A stretch of 64,000 nucleotides of DNA from Octopus sinensis (GCF_006345805.1 NC_043004.1:84816001-84880000), one strand, 5' to 3'. Shown: positions 40,830 through 55,080, numbered from the stretch's first letter. Notes: generated from the sequence alone by a model not told the origin. Translations and numbers: made by a program.

Positions 40830-41292
40830 TAATATACACCAATGCATTCTGCAATATCACATCACGTCTGGCAGCTGACTTGGCAGGCAAAATCATTAAC
40901 CATCTTACTAACAATGACTCTGAGCATCTTTTCAAACTCCACATGTCTAATACCCGTGGCAATGTTTACAAAGTCAGAAAACAGCACAGCTTCCATGACT
41001 TTCGGAAATATTTTCTCACGTTTAAGATTTGCTGCCGGCAAATCTTAAAACAAACTGCCGGCATCAGTTGTTAGTTGTCGGAGCACTGCCTCCTTCAAAA
41101 CCTCCATGCTTCCTGAGATTCGCTAAAACTACACCTAATTTTCTCCCCTCCATACACACGCATGCATGTATCTGACTCATACACTGTTCGCTTTCCAGAC
41201 ATTTATACATTACTTCATGTTTTATACGCACTTTTGACAAGTTGTGGTGCACCTGAGCACTGTATAAAATAATTTCATTATTATTATTATCA
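40830..41292 (+). mobile_element. CR1 LINE 3' end with (ATT)n tail
   Basis: KIINHLTNNDSEHLFKLHMSNTRGNVYKVRKQHSFHDFRKYF (TRGH..K-like motif), then a 3' UTR ending CACTGTATAAAATAATTTCATTATTATTATTAT. Confidence 0.85.
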
Positions 41293-41626
41293 TTCCCTAT
41301 ATTCTATTAATTTTAAGAATTTCCTAGCTATATTAGGGTTTACATTTATACTATTAGGAGGAGAAGCCATAATATTGTCCTCAGAGTGCGTCTTCTCTTC
41401 GTCTATCTGCATATGGCTCCTCAAGGCTAATCTTCAAGTTGGATCTTTCTAATACCACATTATGATATGCGGAGACGTTTTAAAAAGTGTTTTTATCGGT
41501 GGATAGATTGCAGACGCTACAGCCACTGTTATTAACTAAACGTTTAATGATTGATGTTGTGTTGTGTGGTTGGAGCCTCATTGTTCTCATTGTTCGACAC
41601 AGTTACGTACACACTCACACACACAA

Positions 41627-41639
<13 letters not shown>

Positions 41640-41709
<70 letters not shown>

Positions 41710-41798
41710 TATGCACTTATATACATACATATAGATATATATATAATATATATATATATATATGTTCATGTATATATATATGTATAGATGTACATACG

Positions 41799-41836
<38 letters not shown>

Positions 41837-41852
41837 CATGTATATATATATA

Positions 41853-41910
<58 letters not shown>

Positions 41911-41926
41911 CATATATATATATAAG

Positions 41927-41960
<34 letters not shown>

Positions 41961-42004
41961 CATGTATATATGCATATATATATGTGCAGATATATATAGC
42001 TATG

Positions 42005-42060
<56 letters not shown>

Positions 42061-42082
42061 CGTATATATATATATATATATA
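41640..42082. repeat. Long (TA)n-rich microsatellite
   Basis: Direct reading. Confidence 0.95.
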
Positions 42083-42532
42083 GGGAGAGAAAGAGAAAGG
42101 CAGGCAGACACGCAGAATACAGGGAGAGAGAATTTACCTGCTTTAACTTTCGATGTCATTTTCCTTATAGATATGTTGTCAAACAATTCACGTTACTATA
42201 TTCATAAAAAATATTGTTTATATTAAACCTATATTCGAAATTAATTTTATGCTAGTGACTCGTCGGCCTACGGAACACACATCATGACAGATACGTAGAG
42301 AACTCGGGGAAAATACATAGAACATAGAGCAATTGATAAAACTTCCGGTCGAATTGGCTACGTGGATTTCTGTTTCAATAAATGGATAGGGACTGTCAGT
42401 GTGTATTATGACTTTTGTATTCATAACTATCTTGCAGTCTGTACGCTTCGCATTACGTCTACTCATACTTGTGTTGTTATCTGTACGCAGAGAGACGTTA
42501 ATAAATGTACCACGGCTATATGTATGAGTGTG

Positions 42533-42770
42533 CGCGAGCTGGCAGAAACGTTAGCGCGCCGGGCGACATGCTTAGCAGTATTTTGTCTGTCGTTACGTAC
42601 TGAGTTCAAATTCCGCCGAGGTCGACTTTGCCTTTCATCCTTTCGGGGTTGATAAATTAAGTAGCATCCACGCACTGGGTCGATGCAATCGACTTAATCA
42701 ATTTGTCTGTCCCTTAATCCATTTGTTTGTCCCTTCTATGTTTAGCCCCTTGTGGGTTATAAAGAAATAT
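42533..42770 (+). mobile_element. SINE family A (with linker-type tail)
   Basis: GCGAGCTGGCAGAAACGTTAGC...GTTTAGCCCCTTGTGGGTTATAAAGAAAT. Confidence 0.9.
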
Positions 42771-43389
42771 ATATATATGTGTGTGTGCGTGTGCATACGC
42801 ATATGCGTGTGTGTTTGTATAAGCTTGATCGTATGTATGCGAAAGCATGTATGTACGGAGAAGAAACATAAAGCACTGTGAACATCAGATCTTTTGTATA
42901 ACAGATACCATCACTCGAGGGACCTGTACATGCAATCACATTTACAAATTGTGCTTTGGCCAGAGTCTTCGGAAAATGAATACTGCTCAAGGTGTCATGT
43001 AAGGAGATTGAGCCTGGCACCTCATAGCAACTTGTTCTCCTCTGCAACATTTCATTGGTCAGATTACTGGAGTGTAACTCTATTATTCCTTTGCATTCAC
43101 TGTTGCGCTTTTTTCATATCGTTATGAAGTATCTGCTTGTAAATGTATTATTTCTCTTTGTTGTGTTGCGTATGTATCTTCGCGTATGATGGTGGACCCT
43201 TATGTGTAAGTTTGTGTGTTTGTTTTATACTTGTGTGTCGTATTTACTTTTTTCTTTATATTGTCTTTTTACATGAAATTTTTATTATTCTTATGGCCTT
43301 TTTAATGTTCTTCTCTCTCTTTATCAATGTGTACTTTCGTTTATACATATATGTGAATGATTGACTAATTTGATGTTATATATAAGACG

Positions 43390-43800
43390 ATGTCGTGGCG
43401 GTACACTGCAAAGATTTCTTCCCAACCACAAAGTCCTGGTTTCAGTTACATTGTGTGACATCTCGAACAACTGCCTTCAGTTAATGCCCCAAGCCAAGCA
43501 ATGCCTTGTGAGGAGATTTCTTACATGGTAACTGTAACGAGCCTGACTTATTAATATATGTGTGTGTTTCAGTGACACTGTGCGTTCATGCGTGTACTTG
43601 TGCCTGTGTTTGTGGCCCCCACCACTACCATTGTACAACTGGGGTTGGTGTGTTTACGTCCACGGGCCATAGATGCTCGGTAAAGGGGGAGCTCGAATAA
43701 GTACATGATTTAAAAAAGTATTGGCGTGTCGATTCCTTCGACCAAAATTCTTCGAGACGGTCCTGAAGCATGGCCTTATTCTACTTACAGAATCTAGTAA
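43390..43800 (+). mobile_element. Diverged SINE family B
   Basis: GCCTTGTGAGGAGATTT core, TGTTTGTGGCCCC..GGTGTGTTTACGTCC, and GCATGGCC tail. Confidence 0.7.
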
Positions 43801-43854
43801 AGGACTGAAAATATATGAGTGCGTATGAGTGCGTGTTTCTGTTGTTGTCGTTGT

Positions 43855-44668
43855 AAGCTGGCAGAATCGTTAGCATGCCGGTCAAAATGCTTAGCAGCAT
43901 TTAGTACGTCTTTACGTTCTGAGTTCAAATCCTCCCCAGATCAACTTTACCTTTCATCATTTTGGGGCCGATGAAATAAGTACCAATCGAGCACTGGAAT
44001 TGATGTAATCGAATAGTTCCCTGCTCCAAATTTCACGCCGTGTGCCTTTAGTAGAATGGGTTATTTTGTCCTCTATGAAGGCGGCGAGCGGCAGAAACGT
44101 TAGCACACCGGGTGAAAAATATTCGCGGTATTTCGTCTGCCGCTACGTTTTGAGTTCATATTCCGCCGAGGTCGACTTTGCCTTTCATCCTTTCGGGGTC
44201 TATTAGGTAAGTGCCAGTTACGCACTGGAGTCAAATATAATCGATTTAATTCGTTTGCCCGTCCTTGTTTATTCCCTCTGTATGTAGCCCGTTGTGGGCA
44301 GTAGAGAAATAAGAATCGTGAGCCTACTAGGTTAAAAATGCTTAGTGGTATTTCGTCCATCTTCACGTGCTGAGTTCACATTTCTCCGATGTCGACTTTG
44401 CCTTTCATTTTCCGAGGTCGATAAAACAAGTACCATATGATGGGAGGAGTCGATGTAATCGACTCTCCCCCTCTCGATATATTTCAAGCCTTGTGCCTGT
44501 AGTAGAAAAGATTACTTTGACTTCTATCTTGTAATGAGTGAACTAGAACAAGGTGAGAATGAAATGTTTTGCTCAAGAACACAACGCACCACCCGGTCCA
44601 GTAATCGAAACCACAAACTTACGAACATGAGTTCAATACCCTAACAACTAAGCCACGCGCCTCCACAA
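43855..44668. mobile_element. Cluster of three family A SINEs (+) and one SINE fragment (-, 44525-44668)
   Basis: Three successive family A cores, followed by GCTCAAGAACACAACGCAC..ATCGAAACCAC..CTAAGCCACGCGCC. Confidence 0.85.
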
Positions 44669-47600
44669 TTAATGTAACATGCGAGCCGACATTCGTTGTA
44701 CATTAAAAAACCAATGTGTCAATGTAGCAAACATGGGTAATTCGTAATCCTAAAAGTTATTTATGGTCTACCAAATAAACTCTACTTCAATGTAAATTAA
44801 CAGAAATAATAAAGAACCATGGTATAACCTATCAGTCATATCACACTTATTAATTTAAAGAATATTGGTTTGAAAATTGGTTTGGTGTTTTAGTATGCAT
44901 AATCATAATGCCTTTTGATGTGGGTTATATTTCTGATATTAGATAATGTAATATAATTAAAGCTGTTCAGAAACTTAAATTAATTTTTACACACATCTGT
45001 TAGAATGTTTTGTGTTTTTAGTTTTTAATGTGTTATAATTAAAAATATTTCTGCTTAAAATGTTATCGATAGATTTAAATAATGGATTTTAGAGAGAGAA
45101 TCTATCTAATACAAAACGGGAATAATCACATGCTGCTTAAATCAAATTTTGCCGCAAGGTCAGCAATTAAATGAGAGGGAACGCATCAATTATATCGACT
45201 CCAATGCATAATCAGTATTATTTCATCGACCTCCAAAGAAGGAAACGATTTTCTACCTCAGCGTGATTCTGCTCATAAGTAATTAATTATAACTCTCAAT
45301 GTAACAAAACTGCATCGAAGTATATTACACGTTAGTAGTATGGACAAAACTTATCAGAGTTACATTGGCCCTACGCAAAAGATGTGTGAGATGGCAGAGA
45401 AATTCCTGCTGCTTACATACCCGTCACCTCACTGGCCTAACACCAGTTTAGGAATGCTATAAAAATCATGTCTAGTGTATTTCTACTTTTCTCATCATAC
45501 TCATGAAAAATAATTAAAATAATTTTCCTTCTTTAATTTAATCACCTATCATATAATTCATGATCCACCTAAATCTTCATTTTGTTACCGAATAAGTGAA
45601 GTAACTATTCTTATATTCGTTTGTACGAGGATCACCGGTAATCAATATAATCACGCTTTCTAGTTAATTATTCCCCACTGCTTACTTTCGGCTCTACGCT
45701 CACATTAGGTAATGGTTGGCCAGATTATTTCTCGTCTGTAAATTACATTTCAGCATATATAATCACTATAGCTATTCCATCCAGCAATTGTATACTAACC
45801 ACAGTGATACATATACACAATTTCAATTTCTCAGCTAATCAATGATTCAACAATCAATTATTCTCTCGATTTATAGGTGCTGCAACGGGAAAATACATAT
45901 TATCGACTTTTGAAACAAATTGAGTTAAAAGTGACGTTTAGTTTAATGACAGAGTGCAGTCATCAACTCTTCGAATGATATAGCAGCGTACTCACTACCC
46001 CACAAAAAAATCAGCGCAAATTCTCTCAGAATTAACATTAATGGGCCTAGAAATTGTCAGAGGAAAGGATAATGTAATATATTTAATTTCAAATGAATTG
46101 CAGTTAATTTTACAATCGAGAGTTCTCGATTACTTTATATTTATATTGTCTGCTGTTTGAAATTCCCATTCAAACTAATTTACTTCAATTTATTGGAAAA
46201 TTTTTCTTTTTTTCCACCACTCTACATAATTTATCTTAACAAAGAATGCAACTTAGTAGGTGAAATTTTTATATAGCTGAAATACACTTAATTCCGAAGT
46301 TATCAACCAGATTACATGAATATTAACATAATATAGTGATGCATTAGAGGTGATCTTCATCGAGCCTTTTCGGTGAATGAAAAGAATTCGGTCCACCATT
46401 CGCACCAGCTGGCCGGTGGGTAGGTCTTAATAATTTGTTAAGCAACTTAACGAACATCTTATACATTTACGGAGAGAATAATTCCGTAATAATCAGAGAT
46501 TTTGATTTCATTACAGTTTTATGAAGTATATTTTTTGTTTTTTGTAAACACACTGGTGTTAACATCATTTATATTATTTATGACTACTTATTTTTAATTA
46601 ATATTTCTGTTAAATTTGTTTGTGGTTGAAGATTTATTTCCATTTATTTATACGTGTATGTGTAATAAGAATGTTTTTTTTTCTGATTGCAAGAGGATTT
46701 AGTGATAAATATCATATTTGTAGCAGTTAAATCTCATGCGTTTATTTTATCAGGGAATTTGAATAATTGAATTAAATAAAGATTTATTAATTGTAATAGC
46801 CCAAATGCTTCGCGCACTATAAATTATTTAAAATGTTATCAATATTCTAGTCTTTTATTCCGTTTTCCTTCAAAACTTATTTAAGGAAATATGAAGTTAA
46901 GTCTCCTACAGAATTTTGTTTCTATCGTTTGGTAATAATTTTATGACAGTTTCAAGTTCCATCTATAACAACAATAAGAGCTGATACGTTTCATAGTGAA
47001 TGCATCATACAGCTACTCGCTCGGAGAATGAAATATAACAGGATTATAATTAATATAATTAACGTATAGATAAAAAGTTAAACAGGAATAAGTTTACGTG
47101 CTGAGAATAATCCTTCAAGTCAATAGCAGGGTCTAAGTTTTATTGGGCTTGTGCTATTCCTTGTAGTAAAATTTGCTATTTCTGAGTAAAGTCGCAATAA
47201 TAGTGGAGTAAAATTGAAACTTATCAGATTATAAGTTGTTTTAAATATATGTAGTATTTCTACTTCAATATCTTAAGTATAATTTCAAATTTCGTTCCGC
47301 CAAAGGGTACCTATTTTCTATTTAGTTGATGGTCATCTCATACATACTTAGCGAAGTACAATGAAAGCTGACTAACTAATGTTCTCAGTATCAACTTTTA
47401 TTTCATTTAGATAAGGAACATATTATTCGTAAATTTTTCGCTTGCATGATTCTTTAATATATTGACAGTAACATAACTTTCACTCAACAAATCTGTGTAT
47501 ATGAGGTTAGTATGGATGGAGAAAAATCTGGCACACATTATGGATTATAATAAATGATTGCATACATTATCATGCATAAAAACGAAATAATGGTAAAACT

Positions 47601-48337
47601 GTGTTATGGAGTCAGGAAATGATACTAAATGTAAGTTGGAAAGTAAGGTATAGCCTTTTCGTATTGAACATCAAAGAAAAACTAAAATGCTTATGTAGAA
47701 GATGAGATTCCACATTAGATGGAATATGCATCACATTTATATTAGTGCAATCACGATTATTAGGGAAAAAAGCCTGTCATTGATCTGTAATTCAAACATG
47801 TGTTGCTTGAAAATGGAATGAATTCTCAACAACTTGAAAGATGTTCAGAAATAGTCTTTTTATATACTATATTTTTAGCACGTTGCACTACTTTCAAGTA
47901 TCCTAGCTGCGAATGATGCAAGCAATTGCAGGATTAAGCATTATCCATAGAGAAAATTTCCAGGAAATATTTAGAAGTAAATGTTAATCAACAAATAGGA
48001 AGTGTTAAAATTTTATCAAGCAAAAATCGAAAGTTTTTGAAACTTTCCGAAGAGATTGAAGTCTATGACTGACAGACGCTGATGGTGGGTTCGTTAATAA
48101 GAAAGCTTACAAACAGTTAAACATGATGTTTATTATTTAGACCTACATTATCCTAACTGACGTATACCCACGTGAAATTCTGAGGAGAATATTGCATTAT
48201 TTACCACAATGAATGTGAAGTTGTTTCTTTTTTCTTATTCACACAAACGCATATCACACAGTTGTTGGAATCTTGTAGTAAAAAGTGATTCTATGCTTTA
48301 AGTGTGAGGCCTAATCACACTGAAACACTAAACATAT

Positions 48338-48752
48338 TCTTTTATTTGTTTCAGTCAATTGAGTGCAGCCATGATGGAGCACCGCTTTTAGTTGAACGAT
48401 CGACCCTATGACTTATTATTTGTAAACCTAGTACTAATTCTATCTGTCGCTTTCGCGGAACTGCTACGTTACGGGGACGCAAAAACACCATCATCGGTTG
48501 TCAAGTGATAGTGGGCGGACAAACACACTCACAAACACACACACACACAACACACACACACACACACACATACACGCATATATATATATACAACGAGCTT
48601 CTTTCAGTTTCCATTTACCAAATTCACTCACAAAGCTTTGGTCGGTCCGAGGCTATAGTAGAAGACACTTGCCTAAGTTGTCACACAGTGGAATTGAATT
48701 CGAAACCATGTCCTTGGTAAGCCAGTTTCTTACCACAAAGCCACTCCTAAGT
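48338..48752 (-). mobile_element. SINE family B, full length
   Basis: Reverse complement of the head, core and tail seen at 358-512 plus 1856-2060. Confidence 0.9.
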
Positions 48753-48889
48753 CTTTTGTAATTTCTGAGAGAGATTTGAAACCACCACCTATTTTATTCA
48801 TTTAAATCCCGGAAGAGCTGCTTCCCCTGGGTCTAATTATTACCTTCAGTATTACCGAAAAAACAAATTGTTTTTTTCCTACGACAGGG

Positions 48890-49510
48890 AAATATTATTT
48901 TCTACTCTAGGCACAAGGCCCAAAGTTTTGTCGGTGGGGCCTAGTTGAATACATTCACCCCTGTACGCAAGCGTCACTTAATTTATCGATTCCGAAAGCA
49001 CGAAGGGCAAAATTGACTTCGTTGGGATTCGAACTCAGAACGTAAAGACAGAGGAAATATCTATTTCTTTACTGCCCACAAGGGCCTACACACAGAGGGG
49101 ACAATGAAGGACAGACAGAATGATTAAGTCCATTATATCGACCCCAGTCCGTAACTGGTACTTATTTAATCTACCCCGAAAGGATGAAAGGCAAAGTCGA
49201 CCTCGGCGGAATTTGAACTCAGAACGTAACGCAGACGAAATACCGCTAAGCAATTCGCCCGGCGTGCTAACGTTTCTTATTTCTTTATTGCCCACAAGGG
49301 TCTAAACATAGAGGGGACAAACAAGGACAGACAAAGGAATTAAGACTACTACATCGACCCCAGTGCGTAACTGGTACTTAATTTATCGACCCAGAAATGA
49401 TGAAAGGCAAAGTTGACCTCGGCGGAAATTGAACTCAGAACGTAACGGCAGACGGAATACCGCAAAACATGTGGCCCCGTGCGGTAACATTTCTGCCAGC
49501 TCACAGCCTT
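48890..49510 (-). mobile_element. SINE family A multimer (three cores)
   Basis: GAAAGG(A/C).GAA(A/G)GGCAAA..GAC.TCG..GG.ATT.GAACTCAGAACGTAA occurs three times, with the same linkers as 19467-20100. Confidence 0.9.
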
Positions 49511-50952
49511 ACCACTGAAATATTGAATTGATTAACGTGTTCCAGATAGTTACATTACCGATGGAGCGCCTAATTTATCAAAGCTGGGCCAAATTATGTA
49601 TTACTCAGGAGTTTCTTACGACAAGGTTTGAATTTCGAAGATTTATGTGAATGGGCGATTAGATGGATCTGCTACGTAGGAGCTCTCTTGAGTGCAGTCG
49701 ACGATTAGAGATTACAAGAGGAAAACCAAATGCCAGGTCCCTGATTACCTTATCTTTAGTTACTAGAAAAAAGACGTGAGAATAATTTGCGGTGAGAGGA
49801 TTCCTCATCAAAATAAATCTGATCAAGCTTACAAAAAATACCACGGTGTCATTAATTTAGATTAAAATGTTAAATTATGATGAAGCTTTGTTATTTTATT
49901 TTCTCCAGTTATTGCTGTGTTTAAATTTTCCAACATAAATTCCTGCATTTTGTGAATCTAAAGTAAGGACATTAATTATTCTTCGTACAGGGCCTGCAAC
50001 TTAGAGGTGAATGGAATTCTAATCGATTACATCGACCAATTTGCTCGATTCGTACCAAATTCATCGATGCCGAAATAATAAATGTCGACATTCGGAAGAA
50101 TTTTGACTCAAGCCGAACAAAATATCATTCAACGCTTTGTTCAGTGTGCTACCGATACTCCAGGCTTAACTCTTTCTATGGAAATATTAAAAACTAAAAT
50201 ATTTTATTACATGGATGTGAATCAATCGGTTAAGGCTTAGAACTGAAATATATTTGTTGTTCTGAAGAAAATTATTATTTGGTGGGCGTTAGGTTGGAGT
50301 GTGAAAACGCTGATAATTGCCAAGGATTTTGCACGATATTAAATGTTGAATTTAATATGTTACGAATGTACTTATTAATTCAGTCACCCATGGAAGTTGT
50401 TTAATATGTAGCCAATACATTTCCCCTTATTTGTAAACCTTAACGAAAAAAAAACGAGTTTCTTTAATAGGTTTGACAGGGCAGCTTTGATTACTTCGGT
50501 ATGCTGCACGCTTCCAATGTTGATATTCTATACATCACTAAATGAAATCTTCTACTGTGGGGCAGAAAAATGTACGAGATACCACACCTACATGTGAGTA
50601 TGTCTAGTGAACCGTTATATGTAGACTGGATCACCAATTTCCTTTTTACATATGTAAGAAATCAATATCTGAATGAAGAAACTACTTGAGCAATCAAAAT
50701 TGGAATTCTTCACCAGGGAATAGAAATCAATATGAAGTTATCAAAAATCTGTTCAACATTAAATCAATAAAATTAACATCAATGATTAATTTTATTCACT
50801 GAATGATTAATACATACGCTCCATCTTCGGATTTTTATATTTTGGAAATAAAAATTGCAAGTAGGCATTAGGGAAAAGAATTGGTATAACTACAGCTGCG
50901 ACTACAGCTACTACTAACATGAAGAATAACTACAACCGTCTTAATAGTCATG

Positions 50953-51014
<62 letters not shown>

Positions 51015-51065
51015 CATAATAATTATAATTGTAATTATAATGATAATGAAAATGATGATAATAAT

Positions 51066-51252
51066 TGCCCTGATGCAGTACCAGGTAGTGGCTCTCATGG
51101 ACTTCTGATCTTAACTGATTGGAAGTGTTATCAGGTACATTGTTTTGTCTTAGTATAAAAGATGGGCTACAGCAAATATTCTGCTCAATACCAAAGATTT
51201 GCTTGTCAGCTGTTTGACCTTAACCAGTTGAGCATGCCCCTTAGTGGCTGAC
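51066..51252 (+). mobile_element. (AAT)n-flanked roughly 550-bp repeat (family D), 5' fragment
   Basis: GCAGTACCAGGTAGTGGCTCTCATGG..GATCTTAACTGATTGGAAGTG, shared with 58086. Confidence 0.85.
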
Positions 51253-51261
51253 AATGATAAT

Positions 51262-52083
51262 AATCAAGCTGGAATGCTGTGAAAGTATAGAGGAAGTCGG
51301 AGAGGAAGGACATGAGTACCTGGGTATCTTTGAAAGAGATACGATGAATGAACTGAAAATGAAACAAATGAACAGGAATTTGAGCAGAACTCGGCCTGTG
51401 CTCCAGTAGAAGCTAAAGGGCTGCTATAAGATTAGAGCAATTAAAATGTGGGCGGTTGCTTTGATGAGATATGGGGCAGGAATAGTATATTGGAAGAAGA
51501 ATGAATTACAAGAGATAAACCGGAGAATACGTAAATTAAAGACAAAGAACTAGGAACTACACCCCAACAGTGATGTGTCAAGATTGTATGTAAAAAGGAA
51601 AGGAGGACGGAGATTAAAACGCTGTGATGGTTGTGTAAGAGAAAGAGTGAATATCTTGGCTTGCTATGTCAAGGTGAGTAAAGAAAAAATGACCGAAGCA
51701 TTGAAGATGCAGGGAACCATAAAAGTGACCAAACTCGTAGATCCAATACAGTTGAAGAAAAACAATTGAAGAGAGCGCAGATGAAAAGACTTTGGCAGGA
51801 CAAGAAAATGTGTATTCAGTTATTAAAGAAAAAAGATGAGATTGATTGGAATAGAACCTGACAATGGCTGCAGAACGGATACTCTAAAGGGCCTACTGAT
51901 AGAAGCAGTGACACGCAACAGTGTAGGATGTGCTCTGAGAAGATAGACAGTATAAGCCATATTGTTATTAAGTGCTGTAAGCTTGCAGAACGCGAATATA
52001 AAAGGAGACACGAAAATGTAGCCAGATATGTCCACTGGCTGTTTTGCGGTAAAGCAAACCTCGAGGGAGTCGACCAATGGTAT
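51262..52083 (+). mobile_element. R4/Dong-clade non-LTR element, RT end and CCHC knuckle (left piece)
   Basis: YLGIFE, WAVALMRYGAGIV, LHPNSDVSRLYVKRKGGR, CRMCSEKIDSISHIVIKC..YKRRHENVARYVHW..DQWY. Confidence 0.9.
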
Positions 52084-53588
52084 TGTAGCGACATTGTTTT
52101 CTTCATTGCTATCTTCACTGTTTGAGAAAAATATTAAGAATGATCTCGTTTGAGATTACAAACATCTTTGGCTAGTTTAACCTTGTTGTGTCCACTATTA
52201 TGATTGGTTAGCTTCTAAGCGCGGTCTGTCTCTACTTATTTCGCGCAAGTGTGTAAACTGACCAATCACGGCTTTCGGATAGGACTTTTCATTTGAGCCA
52301 TCTTAACTCTTTAAATAGGCTGATCATATCACGATTCATGCCTTTCGGCATAAGACCTTTTAAGGTCTTGGTCGGAGACCACACAGAGCGTACTCAACCA
52401 TGTTCCAGTTCGAAAGGCTGACGACAGCCAAGCCAAACATAATATGAAGACGCTATTGTAAACCAGCGACAGACATAACGTCATCACCAACATCGTCTCC
52501 ATCTACGAAGATTTCAACTTGTACACAAGATAAATACAGATTCCCACTCATGCTGTTAGTGTGAAAATCTCACCACGGAAAAACAGTTGCAGTATATATA
52601 TCTGAAAGAATATTTATATCAAGAGAAAAATATGCACAACAAGTGACTCAGCTAATCGCAGCTCCGAGACTCAAATCTTGTATAGAACTCAATATCGTGT
52701 AAAACATGAACTGGTAAAATAACTCTAAAGTAACTTCATTTAAACTCAAAATGCTGAGATTTCTCTTATGCTCTGTTGTATTTGCATACACCTTATTTCT
52801 GTACTTTTGTCGCAGAAACGAACACACAGACACAAATATTATAAGCATGCATTCATGACACAACACTACGCTAATTATAACACATCACTTTATACACTGT
52901 GAATAAAATCTATCTTCTCTTTATAAAAGTAGAACGGTTTTTGGCGTCCTTTATTCATCTATTCTGGCACTGTATAGTAAACATGCATAAGATCTGGTCA
53001 TCAAATCTAAGTAGAGACTTCAAACTTGAAATATTCAAAGCCGCAGTCGAACCAATCCTACTATATGGCTCAGAAACCTGGACGTTATCAAAGAAGCTTG
53101 AGAGGCGGTGGGATGGAACCTACACTCGCCTCCTTATGAGAGCTCAAAATCTCTCGTGGAGGCGTCATCCAACTAAAATGCAAATATATGGGAAATTACC
53201 ACCTGTGTCATCTCTTGTGAAAGGTAGGAGAGTCCAGTTTGCTGGACATTGTTGTAGAGATGAAAAAGAAGTAATTTCTACTCTTCTCCTCTGGAAGCCA
53301 TCTACTCGCAACACCAGAGGGCGCACACTCTCCTACCCTGATGTAATCTCCAGGGATACAGGCATCCAGCAACAGGACCTCCGTAATGCTATGATGGACC
53401 GTGAAGTCTGGCGCAACATGGTAAATTCCATTGTCTCGACCACGGTCGAACAATGATGATGATGATATTAAACATGTATTATGGCTTACATAACACTACG
53501 TTATGTTATGTTGGGATGCGGCCGGACGCTGTTGAACGAGAGGAGCAATATGTCACCGAATCCCCTCACGTACGGTCGTATTCTAACA
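52084..53588 (+). mobile_element. Solo LTR (about 1.0 kb net) interrupted by an RTE
   Basis: Begins TGTAG and ends CTAACA. Flanked by a GTAT direct repeat (52080-52083 and 53589-53592). Contains CCAAT (52262), TTTAAATA (52310) and AATAAA (52902). Confidence 0.75.
52986..53468 (+). mobile_element. 5'-truncated RTE LINE with (TGA)n tail
   Basis: FKAAVEPILLYGSETWTL..YTRLLMRAQNLSW..RRVQFAGHC..WR. Candidate TSD TAAACATG at 52978-52985 and 53469-53476. Confidence 0.92.
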
Positions 53589-54005
53589 GTATGAACACAA
53601 TCCAGACGGAGTAATGGAAAACTAACGTTACAAAATACTTTTGGATTTTAACATGCAGTGCGACGAAGTCATAGAGGCGGGACGACCAGGTATCGTGCTC
53701 ATCCAAAAAGATGAAACAGAAGTAAACACAATAGTTGCAATACCAGGCGATTCGAAGGGGAAAGGTAAGGAAACAGAAAAGATTGAGACACGCTACCCAC
53801 TGTGAGACGACATAGGTAAGTTATGGGGCATGAAGAAAATAATGGTGATACCAGAGGTAATTGCCGCCTTAGGAGCAGTTTCCAACGGCTTTGAAAATCA
53901 TATTAAGAATATTAGAGGTATTGTTAGGCTTGTGGTAATCCAGAAGTTTGGATACAGCTCACATTCTAAGGAGAAGGCCCTACTTGAAACCTTTGATGAT
54001 TTGTT
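53589..54005 (+). mobile_element. R4/Dong-clade element, restriction-like endonuclease (right piece)
   Basis: YEHNPDGVMEN*RYKILLDFNMQCDEVIEAGRPGIVL..AIPGD..KETEKI..KLWGMKKIMVIP..ALG. Confidence 0.88.
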
Positions 54006-54081
54006 ATTGCCCGCTTTCAAGTAAAGATTAACTGGTAATTAAGAACTATACAAGAGTATTTCATAATAATAATAATAATGC

Positions 54082-54420
54082 TGAGACCGCCTTCGGTCAT
54101 GACTGACTATGGGATTGCACCTAGAAAGTTACCATCCAAAGCACAAGTCCGGACAAGATTGTTCATGAAAGATCACCATTCACCCATGTATACCGGTCTC
54201 ACCTCTCCACGCCAACAGCGTTATCCAAGGGAAAGTCAAAGGAGCAGACACAGCGTGGAACGCAGTGACGTCGCAGCTCATTTCTACAGCTGAGTGAACT
54301 GGAGCAACGTGAAATATAGTGTCTTGCTTCAGAACACAACAAGCATCCCGTTTCAGAAATCAAACTCACAACCTCACGATCATAAGCTCACCGCTCTAAC
54401 CACTGAGCCATGCGCCTTCA
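54082..54420 (-). mobile_element. tRNA-derived SINE family E
   Basis: Head GGCGCATGGCTCAGTGGTTAGAGC, then GCAAGACACTATATTTCACGTTGCTCCAGTTCACTCAGCTG. Confidence 0.85.
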
Positions 54421-54463
54421 CTAATAATAATAATAATAATAATAATGATAATAATAATAATAA

Positions 54464-54504
<41 letters not shown>

Positions 54505-54509
54505 TAATA

Positions 54510-54574
<65 letters not shown>

Positions 54575-54590
54575 AATGATAATCATTATT

Positions 54591-55080
54591 GAGTGAGAGA
54601 GCAGTGCATGCCATCAAAGTGACACTGGGGTAAAACATACGAAGTCCAGTTTACTCATCATGACTACCCGTCTGATAAGGGTATACCAGGCACATGCATC
54701 ACAACAATATGTGCGCGGCATAGTGATCTCATATCAAGATAAACAGCGCACGATCTTGCAGGTGGGGCTCAGTTAGAGTTTTCTTCTGTTCGAGTAGCCC
54801 ATCCCACTCAAAAGGTCCTTGAAAATGATTGATTAAGGATGTTGAAGAACCCACCCATGTTTCCAAAGGTGAATTAACCAAAACCTCCAAGAATTCCTTT
54901 GAACACACGGCTATGATGCCCCCCCCCCACTACTGCTGCTTGTGATCAGAGATGCACATATAGTCAGCCACTAAGGGACATGCTCAACTGGCTAAAGTCA
55001 AACGACCGACAAACAAATCTGTGGTATTGAGCATAATATTTGCTGTAGCATATCTTTTATACCAAGACGAAGCAATGTAC
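54591..55080 (-). mobile_element. (AAT)n-flanked repeat family D
   Basis: Reverse complement of about 58145-58630. Confidence 0.9.
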
